The notes beneath the pieces were generated by a model that saw nothing but the letters and a program-made list of their open reading frames with translations, had not been told where the DNA came from and made no database searches. From the IMG/VR virus record IMGVR_UViG_3300024999_000107, positions 1-61,805 of that record: DNA of 61,805 bases; one strand, 5' to 3'. Origin of the DNA: a virus (taxonomy: Duplodnaviria; Caudoviricetes). The position numbers and the translations under genes are program-made. Every line of letters starts with the position of its first letter. Positions within the stretch are counted from its first letter, which is position 1. Positions 11,144 through 22,530 of the stretch are shown here, in pieces.

Positions 11144-11469
11144 TTTTAATGAATGAAATATGCGAGGCTTGTGAAAAAGAAATTGAAGAAGGTACAGGAG
11201 ATGAATATACAGATAATAGTTGTGGATATAAGTTTTGGTTGTGTGATAAAATGTATAGAAGAGTTAGATAAGTATTAAATAAATAAAAAATGAGGTGATT
11301 ATTATTATATTTCTATGTGCAGAATGTCACAAAGAAATGATTTGGATTACAGACCAAAATGATAGTGAAATTATTAGTCAAGAATATTATTGTAAAGATT
11401 GCAATATTGAATTGATTAAATACTCATCTATTTAAAACAATAAAATAATAAGAAAGTAGGAATTAAATA

Positions 11470-13026
11470 TTGAATGTATTAAGTTTGTTTGATGGTTTAT
11501 CAGGAGGTCAAATTGCATTGAATAGGGCAAATATAAAATATGATAAATATTATGCTAGTGAAATTAATCCAAATAGTATAAAGATTACACAGAAGAATTA
11601 TCCAGATACAATACAATTAGGTGATGTTACATTATTAGATGAAGAAAAGATAAAACAATTGGGTAAAATCGATTTACTTATCTTCGGATTTCCTTGTGAG
11701 GATGTTTCTATTATTAAATCAAAAACTAGAGAAAGTTTAAAAGGTAAAAAATCTGGGTTATTCTTTGAAGCAATAAGAATAAAAGATTTAATAAAGCCAA
11801 AATGGTTTATGGTAGAAAATGTTGCTAGTATGAACGAGGAAAGTAAAAATATAATAACCAAATATATAGGCGTAGATCCCATTGTAATAAATAGCAGTAA
11901 TTTTTCTGCACAGGATAGAGAAAGATATTATTGGACTAATATACCATTAGGTGATTTACCAGAGGATAAAGGATTAATATTGAAAGATATAATGGAAACT
12001 AATGTGGTAGAAAAACAATATTATAAACAACCATTTGAATTTCATGGATGGGATAAAAAAGTTATAGCAACTGTTCAATTAAAATGTCACGACATGGGGA
12101 AACGAGTTTATAATCCTAATATGAAATGTGCAACACTTACAGCAATTCAAGGTGGTTATCAGGAAAAGAAAGTATATGATAATAATAGATGTAGAAAATT
12201 AACTCCTATAGAATATGAAAGGCTCCAGACAATTGAAGATGATTATACAAAATTAGGAACAAATATTTATTATCAAATATTTGATAATAAATTAAATGGA
12301 GGATTAATTAATATATGCAATTATGCATTATTGAAGGATGTACTAATAAAATCTCAAGTAGAGAAACAAAATTATGTCATAAACACTATCTTAGATTTAA
12401 AAGATACAACACAACAGAACTCACAAGAAACCTCGTGGATAAAAGCAAGCAATGTTCGGTTGAAGGTTGTGAAAGAAAACAAGAAACTACCGGTGGCTAC
12501 TGTATCATGCATTATAAAAGAGAAAAAAGAACGGGGAATATTGAATTACCTAATAAAATTATTATTAAATGCGACTATTGTGATGGAGTGGCAATCGCAA
12601 GAGGAATGTGTAAAAGGCATTATCAAACTTGGTACAGACACGGCGATCCTTTATACACCGATAAAGATAGGTCAAACACAAATTCTCATGGATACACAAA
12701 ATCTCAGGGGGAATATAAGGTCTTACATAGAGAAGTTGCCGATAAAAAACTTGGGAGAAGACTCAAGCGAGGAGAAGTTGTTCATCATGCTAACCTTGAT
12801 AAATTGGATAACGATCAATTTAATTTATACGTCTGTCAAGGAAACAAAGAACATATTAGTTTACATCAACAACTTAACCGTGTTGCAGGAGGACTTGTTA
12901 AATTGGGATATATCATATTTGAGAACGGAGAATATAGAATTAATATCTGATACAGCAAGAAGAAGTGCTTGCGGAGATGGATGGACTATTGATGTCATAA
13001 CATTCTTATTTAATAATATTACATAA
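11470..13026 (+). CDS. C5-cytosine DNA methyltransferase with a 229-codon internal insertion
   Basis: Motifs I (LSLFDG), IV (GFPC), VI (ENV), VIII (QDRER), IX (RKLTPIEYERLQT) and X (GDGWTIDVI); insert between IX and X. Confidence 0.9.
   Translation: MNVLSLFDGLSGGQIALNRANIKYDKYYASEINPNSIKITQKNYPDTIQLGDVTLLDEEKIKQLGKIDLLIFGFPCEDVSIIKSKTRESLKGKKSGLFFEAIRIKDLIKPKWFMVENVASMNEESKNIITKYIGVDPIVINSSNFSAQDRERYYWTNIPLGDLPEDKGLILKDIMETNVVEKQYYKQPFEFHGWDKKVIATVQLKCHDMGKRVYNPNMKCATLTAIQGGYQEKKVYDNNRCRKLTPIEYERLQTIEDDYTKLGTNIYYQIFDNKLNGGLINICNYALLKDVLIKSQVEKQNYVINTILDLKDTTQQNSQETSWIKASNVRLKVVKENKKLPVATVSCIIKEKKERGILNYLIKLLLNATIVMEWQSQEECVKGIIKLGTDTAILYTPIKIGQTQILMDTQNLRGNIRSYIEKLPIKNLGEDSSEEKLFIMLTLINWITINLIYTSVKETKNILVYINNLTVLQEDLLNWDISYLRTENIELISDTARRSACGDGWTIDVITFLFNNIT
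12315..12950 (+). CDS. HNH endonuclease nested out of frame inside the methyltransferase
   Basis: Own RBS (GGAGGA); three Cys/His zinc-knuckle repeats; LHREVA...GEVVHHANLDKLDNDQFNL HNH motif. Confidence 0.9.
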   Translation: MQLCIIEGCTNKISSRETKLCHKHYLRFKRYNTTELTRNLVDKSKQCSVEGCERKQETTGGYCIMHYKREKRTGNIELPNKIIIKCDYCDGVAIARGMCKRHYQTWYRHGDPLYTDKDRSNTNSHGYTKSQGEYKVLHREVADKKLGRRLKRGEVVHHANLDKLDNDQFNLYVCQGNKEHISLHQQLNRVAGGLVKLGYIIFENGEYRINI

Positions 13027-13042
13027 GTAATAAATAAATATT

Positions 13043-13080
13043 TATAACCTCTTGCAATTCGTTGTAGGAGGTTATATAAT
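13043..13080 (+). promoter_or_regulatory. Hairpin (15-bp stem, TTCG loop) coincident with a SigA promoter
   Basis: TATAACCTCTTGCAA-TTCG-TTGTAGGAGGTTATA; TTGCAA-17-TATAAT. Confidence 0.65.
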
Positions 13081-13114
13081 GTTATTAATAAGTAAATCAA
13101 AGGGAGTGTTCAAG

Positions 13115-15247
13115 ATGAGTGAATATCTCACAAAATTGAATCTGTTCTTGAAACATTTAGAAAACAGCGCAAACGAGATGTTAGACATTATTGGTAAAGA
13201 AAATGGAGATTATGAAGATCGGTTTGATATTAAAATAGCTATTAATGGCAAGCAGATTATAATTCCTTTATGTGCTGATAGCTATAGTAGACTAGAGCAA
13301 TTTATAATGGATGAGATAAGAGAAGAACAAGAATTAAGAGGTTCAATGACATGAGAAAACCAGATGTGATTTATACTGATATTCTTCCGAGAGATATTGG
13401 CCTTTATGTTAACCAAGATGATGAGGAATGCCATAAATTTGAATCAGTGATTGTTAATGGTGAGCAGCGATTTGATATTAAAGTGTGGTTAAAGAATTAA
13501 TTTATTAAAATATGGAAAGAGGTTATTAATTATGAATCAGGATCAAATAAATTTAGTGCTTAGAATGTATAATCTTTTTACGGAAATTAGTTTAGAATGT
13601 GAGCAAGATGATAAATTTAACGATTTTATTTCAGAACAAAACATTTTCAAAAAAGTGTTGATGAAATACTGCGCGACTTTGATTGTGCTCAATTTGATAA
13701 AGATAGTAAGTAAAAGGAGGATTAATATTATGAAGAACAAAATTATTTTAGTTGATGGCGAGGAGTATTGGTTAGGAGCAACAATGGGAAAATATAATGA
13801 GAAATATGATTGTTTTATGTTTGGAAATTGTTTTGTTCACAGGTATGATACTATATTCAAGTAAATTTGGGTTAAGTAATGTGCGGCAACAAGTGATAGA
13901 TTAAATATAGGAGAGGAGTAATATCCTCTCCTATATTTTTATAATGAATCAATAAATAATTTTTTCAAATACTATATACAGATAAAACCCAATATGATAT
14001 AATAAGTTAGATACAAATATTAAAGGGGAGTCGCAAGTGATGAAAATATATTATTCTTTGAATTCCGAAGAAATGGGAGAAGAATCACGGAAGGAAAATT
14101 TATTAGATATTTACAAAGAATCAATTAAGTATAAGGAGGACGACAAAGAAACAGGGAGCAATAATAATTATTACTTTGTCAAACATGAAATAGAAAATGG
14201 GATTGATCTAATAACAGAAGGAAAGGTATATAAGAAGAACAACAAAATATATTTTAAATCTGTATAAACGATTGTTTAAGAAAATTAGGAAAGTAAATAC
14301 GAGAATTGCCAAACAATTAATTTTAGCTTAAAATTATATTTTCCAAGGATATTTGAAAGGAATGATTTTTATGTTTAAAAAAGATGAAATGGTATGGTGT
14401 AGACCTCGATTAATTGATGAGCCTATTCTTGGTAAGTATATTGAGAGAATGAGTGCCGAAGAAATTAAAAAAGGATATCGTGATGGGCATATTGTAGAAA
14501 TTGATGGTGTAAAACGTTGGGTTAATCTTGGATTTTGCGGTACAAATAAAGAAATTGTAAAAAACATGAAGTGGTAGTAACTGGCACTTTTAATTGATAG
14601 GAAAGGAGGTATGAGTTTAATTGGAACAAATTGAAAAAGAAATTGAAGAGTTAAGATTACTTGAAGCAGAACTATATAAAAAGTTTAAAGATGTCAATTT
14701 GCAACTTCAGATAAAAATGGAAGAGTATATGCAATTTTTAAAAGGAGGAAGATGATACATAATGTTTAATTTCTTCAAAAAGAAAACAGTGAAAATTGAA
14801 AAACCAAAATTATATAATTGTGCTATGTGTAATGGTAATTATCGAGAAGAAGATATTGATTTTCTTGTAAGTAAGAAAATAGGTAAGAGTATTTGCATAA
14901 GGTGTGCTGAGTATATTAAGGGTAATTTAAATAAGAAAAAGAAGGAGAATGAATATATGAAAAACTTAGAAACCATTATTAAAAACAGAGATGAGTTAAA
15001 GAAATCAATTGATAATATTTGGGAGGAAGTATATTCTATCAAAAAAGGTAGAGAGTGGCCTGAATTATCAAAAGAAGAACAGAAAATAGTTGGACAATTA
15101 CTTGGATTGAAGGCCAATTATTTTAATCAAATGGTAGCATTAAACTTTGTATTGAATGAAGACAATGGGTTATTAGATTATAGGACAAATAAAAATTATG
15201 AAGGTATTGTGGATGAGAGATTCTTTGCTGATGTTAATGTGAAATAA
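13115..15247 (+). CDS. Run of small hypothetical proteins (~13115-13354, 13532-13864, 14037-14267, ~14371-14577, 14762-15247)
   Basis: ORFs with RBSs; some appear frameshifted. Confidence 0.55.
13903..13940 (+). terminator. Intrinsic terminator
   Basis: AAATATAGGAGAGGA-gtaata-TCCTCTCCTATATTT followed by a T run. Confidence 0.85.
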
Positions 15248-15319
15248 TAGCTCGAAATGATGTACTTAAAGGAATTAATAAAACTAAATTGAGGAGGTAG
15301 ATAAACCATTATAAGTATA

Positions 15320-15571
15320 ATGTATTTAATCGGAACAATAAGTTCTATTTGTTTCATAAGTAGTTATTTACCTGATATGCTTAAGTCAATTAGAAGCAAA
15401 GAAATTAAAGGAGTTACAAAATTAAGTTCAATTATTTTAATGTTCGCTTTATCTGGCTCTATTGTAACTAACTTATATTTTAAAAATTATCCATTTGTTA
15501 TTAACGATATAATATGCATTTTGCTTAATGTTGTTATTTTAACTAATAAAATGAAGAAGATTATAGAATAG
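15320..15571 (+). CDS. SemiSWEET/PQ-loop small membrane protein
   Basis: Three TM helices; SYLPDMLKSIRSKEIKGVT matches the PQ-loop pattern (LPQxxKxxRxK). Confidence 0.7.
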   Translation: MYLIGTISSICFISSYLPDMLKSIRSKEIKGVTKLSSIILMFALSGSIVTNLYFKNYPFVINDIICILLNVVILTNKMKKIIE

Positions 15572-15608
15572 AATGGTTATATATTTTTAAAGGAGTAGTG
15601 AATTAAAA

Positions 15609-15788
15609 ATGAAAGAAATTAAACTATGTCCGTTTTGTGGTGGTAAAGGCAATCTCCAAGATTCAGGAGAAGTATGGGGTACTGTTTGGGTGAGTTGTGA
15701 GCAATGTGGTGCAGAAGGTGCATATGTAGAAATATTTAATGGAGTCACAGAAGACGATGCTATTGATAAATGGAATATGAGAGTATAA
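15609..15788 (+). CDS. Lar-family restriction-alleviation zinc-finger protein (59 aa, not in ORF track)
   Basis: MKEIKLCPFCGG...VSCEQCGA...AIDKWNMRV. Confidence 0.85.
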   Translation: MKEIKLCPFCGGKGNLQDSGEVWGTVWVSCEQCGAEGAYVEIFNGVTEDDAIDKWNMRV

Positions 15789-16407
15789 TAAGAATAAAGA
15801 AAGGGTGATAAACCATGATCAAAGAATATGATGTTAGCGGAGTTGTTTTGGTCAGAGATGAGTTAATTACACTCAAAGATGCTATGATTCAACACAGTGG
15901 TCTTGGATACAATGTTGAACTAGATTTAAATACATTAGGATATGTTAAAAAATATCAGATTATCAACGAAACTGAATTTATTCCAGTTACTTTCAATGGC
16001 AAGTTTTTAAAAGGAGAGATAAAATAGACATCAAATCAAAGAATGGTTTGCTAGTATTATTAAAGGAGGAATAAGAAATGAAACTAATTAATATGAAGTG
16101 CCGTAAATTTAGAAAAATTGTAATACATGTTGCATATACAGAATGTAAACAACCGAATTGTAACGGCTACCCACATTTAATAAACCAATATTCAAATCAT
16201 GTAGAACAGGAGGATTAAAATAATGGAAAATAAGTTTGAAGGATTTCTAATGGGATTAGAATATTATATATATTACTGCCAAGAATGCAAAACTGATTTT
16301 GCTGTGAAATTAGGAAGCAATGTAGTATGTTGCCATCATGTAAAAGCATGAATCTTATTGAAGGTGAAATGCAAGAGTTTTGTTAAAAATTAGAAGGAGG
16401 AAAACCA

Positions 16408-17286
16408 ATGGGAAAGAAAAATAGAAAATATAAAGATTATCACAAAACTATCGATGGAATTGAATATAAACAGTGTAGAGATTGCCTAGAATGGCTTGTA
16501 ATGAACAATGACAATTTTGGTACAGACAACGGCAATAAAGACAAATATAATATGTTATGTATAAAATGTCTAAGAATATATGGAAACACCATGTATATGA
16601 AAGATAGAGAAAATAGAATAAAGAAATCAACCACTTATCAATCAGAACATAAAAAAGAAAGAGTAAAATGGACTAAAACATATTATCAAAAAGAACATGT
16701 TCAAGAAACACATAGATTGAATAGACTCGAACAAAAAGAAAGTGGATATTATGATAATTATATAAAAAACAATCCTGATAAAGTAAAATTATATACTCAA
16801 AATCACAGACAACATGATATTACAGAATTAGAGTGGATGAGTTGCTTAAAAGTATTTAATAATACTTGTGCTTATTGTGGGATACCTATTGAAAAACATG
16901 TCGCACAAAGAAAAGGAAAGTATTTTATAATGCAATTTCACAAAGAACATGTGGACGATTATGGTTATAATGACATTAGAAATTGTGTGCCATCATGTAG
17001 AGATTGTAATAGTCATAAACATCAATATAATATGGAAGAATGGTTTAGGAAACAAAAATTCTTCTCAGAGGATAAATTAGAATTTATTAAATGGTGGATA
17101 ACTGAGGGTTATAAAAATTACATAGAGGATAAGCCTCTTTACAGAATTGTTAGAAAGCAAAATGAAGGTTTGAAAACATTTCACTGGGAATTATGGACAG
17201 TAGATGAGATGAGAAATATGGTTGAATTAATTGATGTTGGAGATCAAAAGAAAGATTTAAATCTTGAACTTATAGATAATACATAA
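16408..17286 (+). CDS. HNH endonuclease
   Basis: CAYCG...HKEHV...NCVPSCRDCNSHK. Confidence 0.85.
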   Translation: MGKKNRKYKDYHKTIDGIEYKQCRDCLEWLVMNNDNFGTDNGNKDKYNMLCIKCLRIYGNTMYMKDRENRIKKSTTYQSEHKKERVKWTKTYYQKEHVQETHRLNRLEQKESGYYDNYIKNNPDKVKLYTQNHRQHDITELEWMSCLKVFNNTCAYCGIPIEKHVAQRKGKYFIMQFHKEHVDDYGYNDIRNCVPSCRDCNSHKHQYNMEEWFRKQKFFSEDKLEFIKWWITEGYKNYIEDKPLYRIVRKQNEGLKTFHWELWTVDEMRNMVELIDVGDQKKDLNLELIDNT

Positions 17287-17300
17287 ATAAATAATTGTTG

Positions 17301-17347
17301 TTGACATACTGGATTGATTAGTTATATAATGGGATTAATCAATCCAG
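17301..17347 (+). promoter_or_regulatory. SigA promoter with a 12-bp inverted repeat around the -10 (operator-like)
   Basis: TTGACA-18-TATAAT; CTGGATTGATTA...TAATCAATCCAG. Confidence 0.65.
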
Positions 17348-17602
17348 ATAAATTATCCTTCATTTTATCGTATGTCAATTATTGGTTTGAAAACATAAGC
17401 ATTTGGAAGTATAATGAAGTATTAATAAGTATAAGGGAGGTAATAATGTGTTTAAGTTAATTTGTATAAAATGTGGAAATGAAATTACAGTTAAAAACGA
17501 TTCTAAAAGAGGGAATTGTAACAATAGATGAGGATTGCGAAATTGAATGCAGGTGCGGTAATAAAGTTGTGGTATAATAATATTTAAAAAAGGGTTGATA
17601 TT

Positions 17603-20600
17603 ATGGAATGGGAAATTACTATGAAGGATTATCCTGAAAAATTAGTCAATACTGTTGTTGAATACCTTGAAAATCACAAAGGATCAGAGTTATTTCATTA
17701 CGATTCTCACACCAGTAATATGTACAAAGATAAATCTATTGTCAGTACGACTTATCGAGCATATATTCTATATGGTAATTTATTTGAAGTTATGAGATAT
17801 ACATTTTGCTCTAAGCCAGAATGGAATTATGATAAAGTGGATTCTGATTCTATGATTATGCATGAAATTGAGATGTGTTTTAAGAAGAGTGGTATGTTTA
17901 TATGATTTATCATATCAGTTGGCTAGAAAGTGCTATTATGAAGCTTAGAGAGGATAATACTAAGGTTAGTACTGTAAATGGCGATATGACTATTGATGAA
18001 TTTATTAGAGAGTTTTGTGGTGAAGAATTGGATAAGGTTATTAAATTAAAGTAAATGAAACAAATTTACATTGAAATACGTCAAGTAGTTTGTTAAATTT
18101 CAATAAGAAAGTGGTTGATTAAAAATGAATTTAGAACAAGCTATAGAATGGTGTAAAGAACACCAAATAGATATCAGTTTTAGGGATGGTAATACAACTC
18201 ATCCTAGTCCTTACATTAGAGTCCATGCTAATGGTTGGTATGAAGAATTCGCTGATACATTAATTGAGGCTATTGAAAGATATAAACTCAATTGGGAATT
18301 AAGACAGATAAAGTAATTCCCATAAGTCAAAAGTTTTAATTAAGGAGGAGTAGAAATGGATAAGTTGAAAGTAATTGAAGGTAAAGTGATTCAAAATCCT
18401 TATGGCAATTGGGATGATGTTGATAAAGGTTGGTACGTTGACGAAGAAGATATTTTAAGTATAATTCAAGATTATGAGGATAAGAAAATCAAAATTACTA
18501 TTGAATTAATTGAACCAGAGAAAGTAGATAATGGTTAATTACCATATATTAAAGAGGTAAGGACAGAAACAATTGAGGAGTACAAATATAACCCTAATTA
18601 TGGTGACGATAGAATCTGCAAATGTGGTCACACTTATTATAGGCATTTTGATCCATATGAAGATATGTATGCAGTAGGATGTAAATATTGTCACTCAGAT
18701 GAGTGTAGTGGATTCAAAGAAGCAGAATAACCTACGAAAGCAGAGTTTCTTGGGATTAAGAGGAGGTATAAATATGGAAAGATTTATTGTGAAGATTAAA
18801 ATACAACTTAAAAATTACGAAGAGTTTGATAAAAAACTTATTGAATTTTTAGAAGCAAATACTATTGATTATGATTTGAGTGTTATTCAAGTAATGACAA
18901 AAGAAGAGAAAAAGGAAGTTGTAGACTCTATTAGAAAAGCAATGAAAGAAGGATAAATTATGAAAGAAAATAAACATCAAACATTCGCAGTAGCAACTAA
19001 AACAGAAGAGGGAGAAAAATATCTAAGTGCAGATGAGGATGAAAAACCATTTTATTATCATGATTTATTTTATGCAAATTTTTATACACACTTAGGGTTT
19101 ATTACATTATCAGAAAATGAATATGTTGTTAGAGTTGAGTATGATAAGCAAGGATTACCATATATGGCAAGCGACGAAAAGAATGTATTGAATTAGAAAT
19201 TGAAAGATTAACTCCAATATTTGAAGATGCACGAAAGAAGCATACATAATAAAGCATTTCATGATCTTAATGCCAAGAAAAATGAATATTTTGATTTATT
19301 ACTAAAGATTAAAAAATCAAAAATAACCGTTTTGAATAGATATTTGAAAGGGGAAACTATATGACAATATGTAAAAACTGTGGTGTTGACATTGGTAACA
19401 AACTGAGACATTTTTGTAAATTGTGTGAAACTTGCGGTCAGTTATTAGATATCGATGAAGCGCAAGCGGGTGATGCAGTTTGTAGATCGTGCATTTGCAA
19501 TTGGGAAAAAGAAAGTGGTATTTGCAATGATGAAGACTATAATTAAACCATCCCTTAAAAAACGCATTTGGTTTGGTTTTATGAATCATATTAAATTTAA
19601 AGGAGAAAGAATAATATGAATATGCCAAATTTGGTCAGACATGGTTTATATAGGGATTTTGAGTCTGGAATGACTAGTGATGCTACGCACATGCTGTATG
19701 AATCTGCTAAGAAAAGTCCAGAAGAAATTTCAGAAATGATTAGAGAAACTTGGAATTATATCAAAGAAGAAAATAAAAGTAATCATGTAGTAAGTCATTT
19801 CTTTTATCTACTTGGATGTGAAGTGAATAGGGATTTGGTAAAAGATATATCATTAGATATTGTTCAATATGGATTAAATCACGAAGACGATGAAGTCGTA
19901 GATAATACTATTGGATTAATTGAAACATGGAACGATAAAGATATACTTGATTTACTATATAATACTGAAATTAAAATGGAATGGCTTGAAGAGTACAAAA
20001 TGGCAGTATTAGAGCAGTTTGATTATTTCAAATAAATCGGTGATTTAATGCTAAAGAAAAGGATGATGATAACTATGAATGAATTTGAGTTATGGAATAT
20101 GCTAAGAACGAAGGAAGATAAGACTAATATTGAGAAATTATTATTACATTATAGGCATATGCTAGGTAATATTAGTGATGAATTGGTAGAGAAATCTAAA
20201 AATCATGTCAGCGATTATGATGCGATAAAGCATATAAGAGCAATTATGTTAAGAATCAATATTCCAATGACAGAACTATAAACCAATACAAACTGTAAAA
20301 GGAGGTATTATTGATGGATTTTAAAGGCAAAGATAAAAACTATATTGATGAATGGATTAGAATGATGTTGCCCCCCCCCATCTTGATTTGTCTGCATATG
20401 AAAGATTGGGATATTTGAGAGGATATTCAGGATGCAAAGGAAAATTAGATGGATACTTTCAAGAACAATATGAACAATTGATTAATATTTTAACCAAGCA
20501 ATAAGATAGCACATCTTGGAATTTAGTAGTAGATAAATCATGTAAATGGAAGTATAATATAAGCATGAGGTGTAAAATTATGCAAAATATTATCAATACT

Positions 20601-20989
20601 ATTAAAATTTCAAATAATTCTAATGAAGTAAAACAAATTCTAAAACCATTAAAAATTAAAGAAGTTGTTAAAATTGCAAAAGGTTTGGATGTTTGTATCA
20701 GAGGAAATGAAAATAAAACTGAGGTAATTGGAAATATTATTTTAGCAATTGTGAAAGGAGATTAAAAATGAATGAAGAAGAATTTATGAAAGGAGAATAC
20801 AAAAAAATGAAAACAGACATTAAACAAATTGGCAATTGGTGGAAATGGAATGAATACTGTAATAATTGTGCAAAACAAATTAGAGATTATAATTCTTCAT
20901 CGAGTGAAGAACCGGAGAGGGACAAGGAAGGTTTTTGTTTAGATTGTTTGAGGAAAATTTCTGATGGGATTATTGGTAAGAATCAATAA
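17603..20989 (+). CDS. Array of small hypothetical proteins (17603-17905, 18125-18316, 18356-18538, ~18774-18956, 18960-19196, 19361-19546, 19616-20035, ~20075-20281, ~20580-20765, 20768-20989)
   Basis: ORFs with RBSs; no recognisable motifs. Confidence 0.6.
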
Positions 20990-21259
20990 ATAAAGTTTTT
21001 ACAATGTGTTGATTTATGTTTATGGTTGTGGTATTATATTGGTAAGGAAAAAGTTGAGAGGTGGAAGATAAATGGAAAAGAGAATGGTAAGATTTACTAT
21101 GATAGTTACTAGAGATATAGAGGAAGCATCTGAATTTAATATGCAATGTGATATACAAGATCCCTTCGCATTTATTGATGCTAAAGATACCAAGATTGAA
21201 ATGAAGTATGAAATTTTGCCTGAAAATCTAAAACATAGGATTTAATGAAAATTACATTT

Positions 21260-21410
21260 GCCCAAATTACCTGTGCTGAGATTGCGAAAGGTAAGCTAAC
21301 TTATGATTTTAGGATTGTAAGCAGTTGAAGTGTTATGGCAAACATCCTAACGTAAAGTCGAGGATGAAGACTCTCCTTCCCCAAGGAAGTGAACTTAGGG
21401 GGGATTTTAT
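21260..21410 (+). ncRNA. Candidate structured RNA/attenuator ending in a terminator
   Basis: GC-rich intergenic island with three stems; family not recognised. Confidence 0.4.
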
Positions 21411-21693
21411 ACAATAAATTTAAGGAGTGTATTATATGTGTTTAAATATTTTTGAGCAAGAACATTTGAAGGTAAATAACTTTGTTATTATTAGAGAATT
21501 GACATTCGGACGTTGTGTAGTTATTACAGATAAATTGTGAGATGCTTTATTAAGTAATGAAGAAAATCAGAGGTTAATCAATTCAATGAAAGCGGTTATA
21601 ATTAAAAGATAAAGAAGGAGTTTATGCCAACTTTATGATCTGAGAGTTGAAGCAATTTAGGAGTAAATGAGAGTATGATGGAGGTAAAATATT

Positions 21694-22530
21694 ATGGCAA
21701 AGAAAACACAAACTAAAGTTCCAAAAATAACTCCTGAAGAACAACTTATACTTGATAAACAATTCAGATTAAAAGAAGTGTCTGAACGACTTCCTTTAAT
21801 TCCTAACCCTACATACAAACATAATATAGGGGATAGGGTGTCAATGGGTAATTTAGAAGATGTTCATATTTCTGCAATTCATAATGAAAACAAAATATAT
21901 GAAATTGATTATACTTCTATCAATAATAATCGTGGGAACCCAATTAGGAATGAGCACCAATGGATGTTTGTTACATGGATGGATGTTAGAAAATATATTG
22001 AAGCAATTGAGGAATCCTTTATTGAGAATAGAGATGTCAAATTGAATTATTCTCAAAGAGGTATGGGCGATATTTTCACCAAAGCATATCATTTTGGTAT
22101 TAATTTCGAACCAGAATATCAACGTAAATTTGTTTGGAATTTAGAAGATAAAGTTTCATTAATTGATTCTATCTTTCATAATGTGGATATTGGAAAGTTT
22201 ACTTTTATTCACTATAGTTCGGATAAGTGGTTAGAAACTGGTTATGGATATGAAATATTAGATGGGAAACAGAGACTAAGAGCAATTCTTGATTTTTATG
22301 AGGACAGATTTACTTATAAAGGTAAGCTATTTAGCGAACTATCTGATAGAGATCAATATCATTTTAGAGATTATGGTATAGTCGAAGCAGAAGCAAGAAA
22401 TTTGACTCAAGAACAAATTCTAAGATACTTCATTATGTTAAATACTGGTGGACGTATTATGGCAAAAGAACAAATTGATAAGGTTAGAGGTATGTTAGAG
22501 AGTAGTAAGGAGGATAAAAACAATGGATAG
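21694..22530 (+). CDS. DUF262 (ParB/GmrS-like) domain protein
   Basis: PEYQRKFVW...SLIDSI...ILDGKQRL...FIMLNTGG. Confidence 0.85.
   Translation: MAKKTQTKVPKITPEEQLILDKQFRLKEVSERLPLIPNPTYKHNIGDRVSMGNLEDVHISAIHNENKIYEIDYTSINNNRGNPIRNEHQWMFVTWMDVRKYIEAIEESFIENRDVKLNYSQRGMGDIFTKAYHFGINFEPEYQRKFVWNLEDKVSLIDSIFHNVDIGKFTFIHYSSDKWLETGYGYEILDGKQRLRAILDFYEDRFTYKGKLFSELSDRDQYHFRDYGIVEAEARNLTQEQILRYFIMLNTGGRIMAKEQIDKVRGMLESSKEDKNNG

Noticed and set aside
12256-12942. Intein in the methyltransferase
   Set aside because: No C/S...HN splice junctions, and the nuclease is in a different reading frame.
21330-21380. c-di-GMP-I riboswitch
   Set aside because: GGCAAAC is present, but the GAAA-tetraloop/GACGCAAA junction and second stem do not fit.
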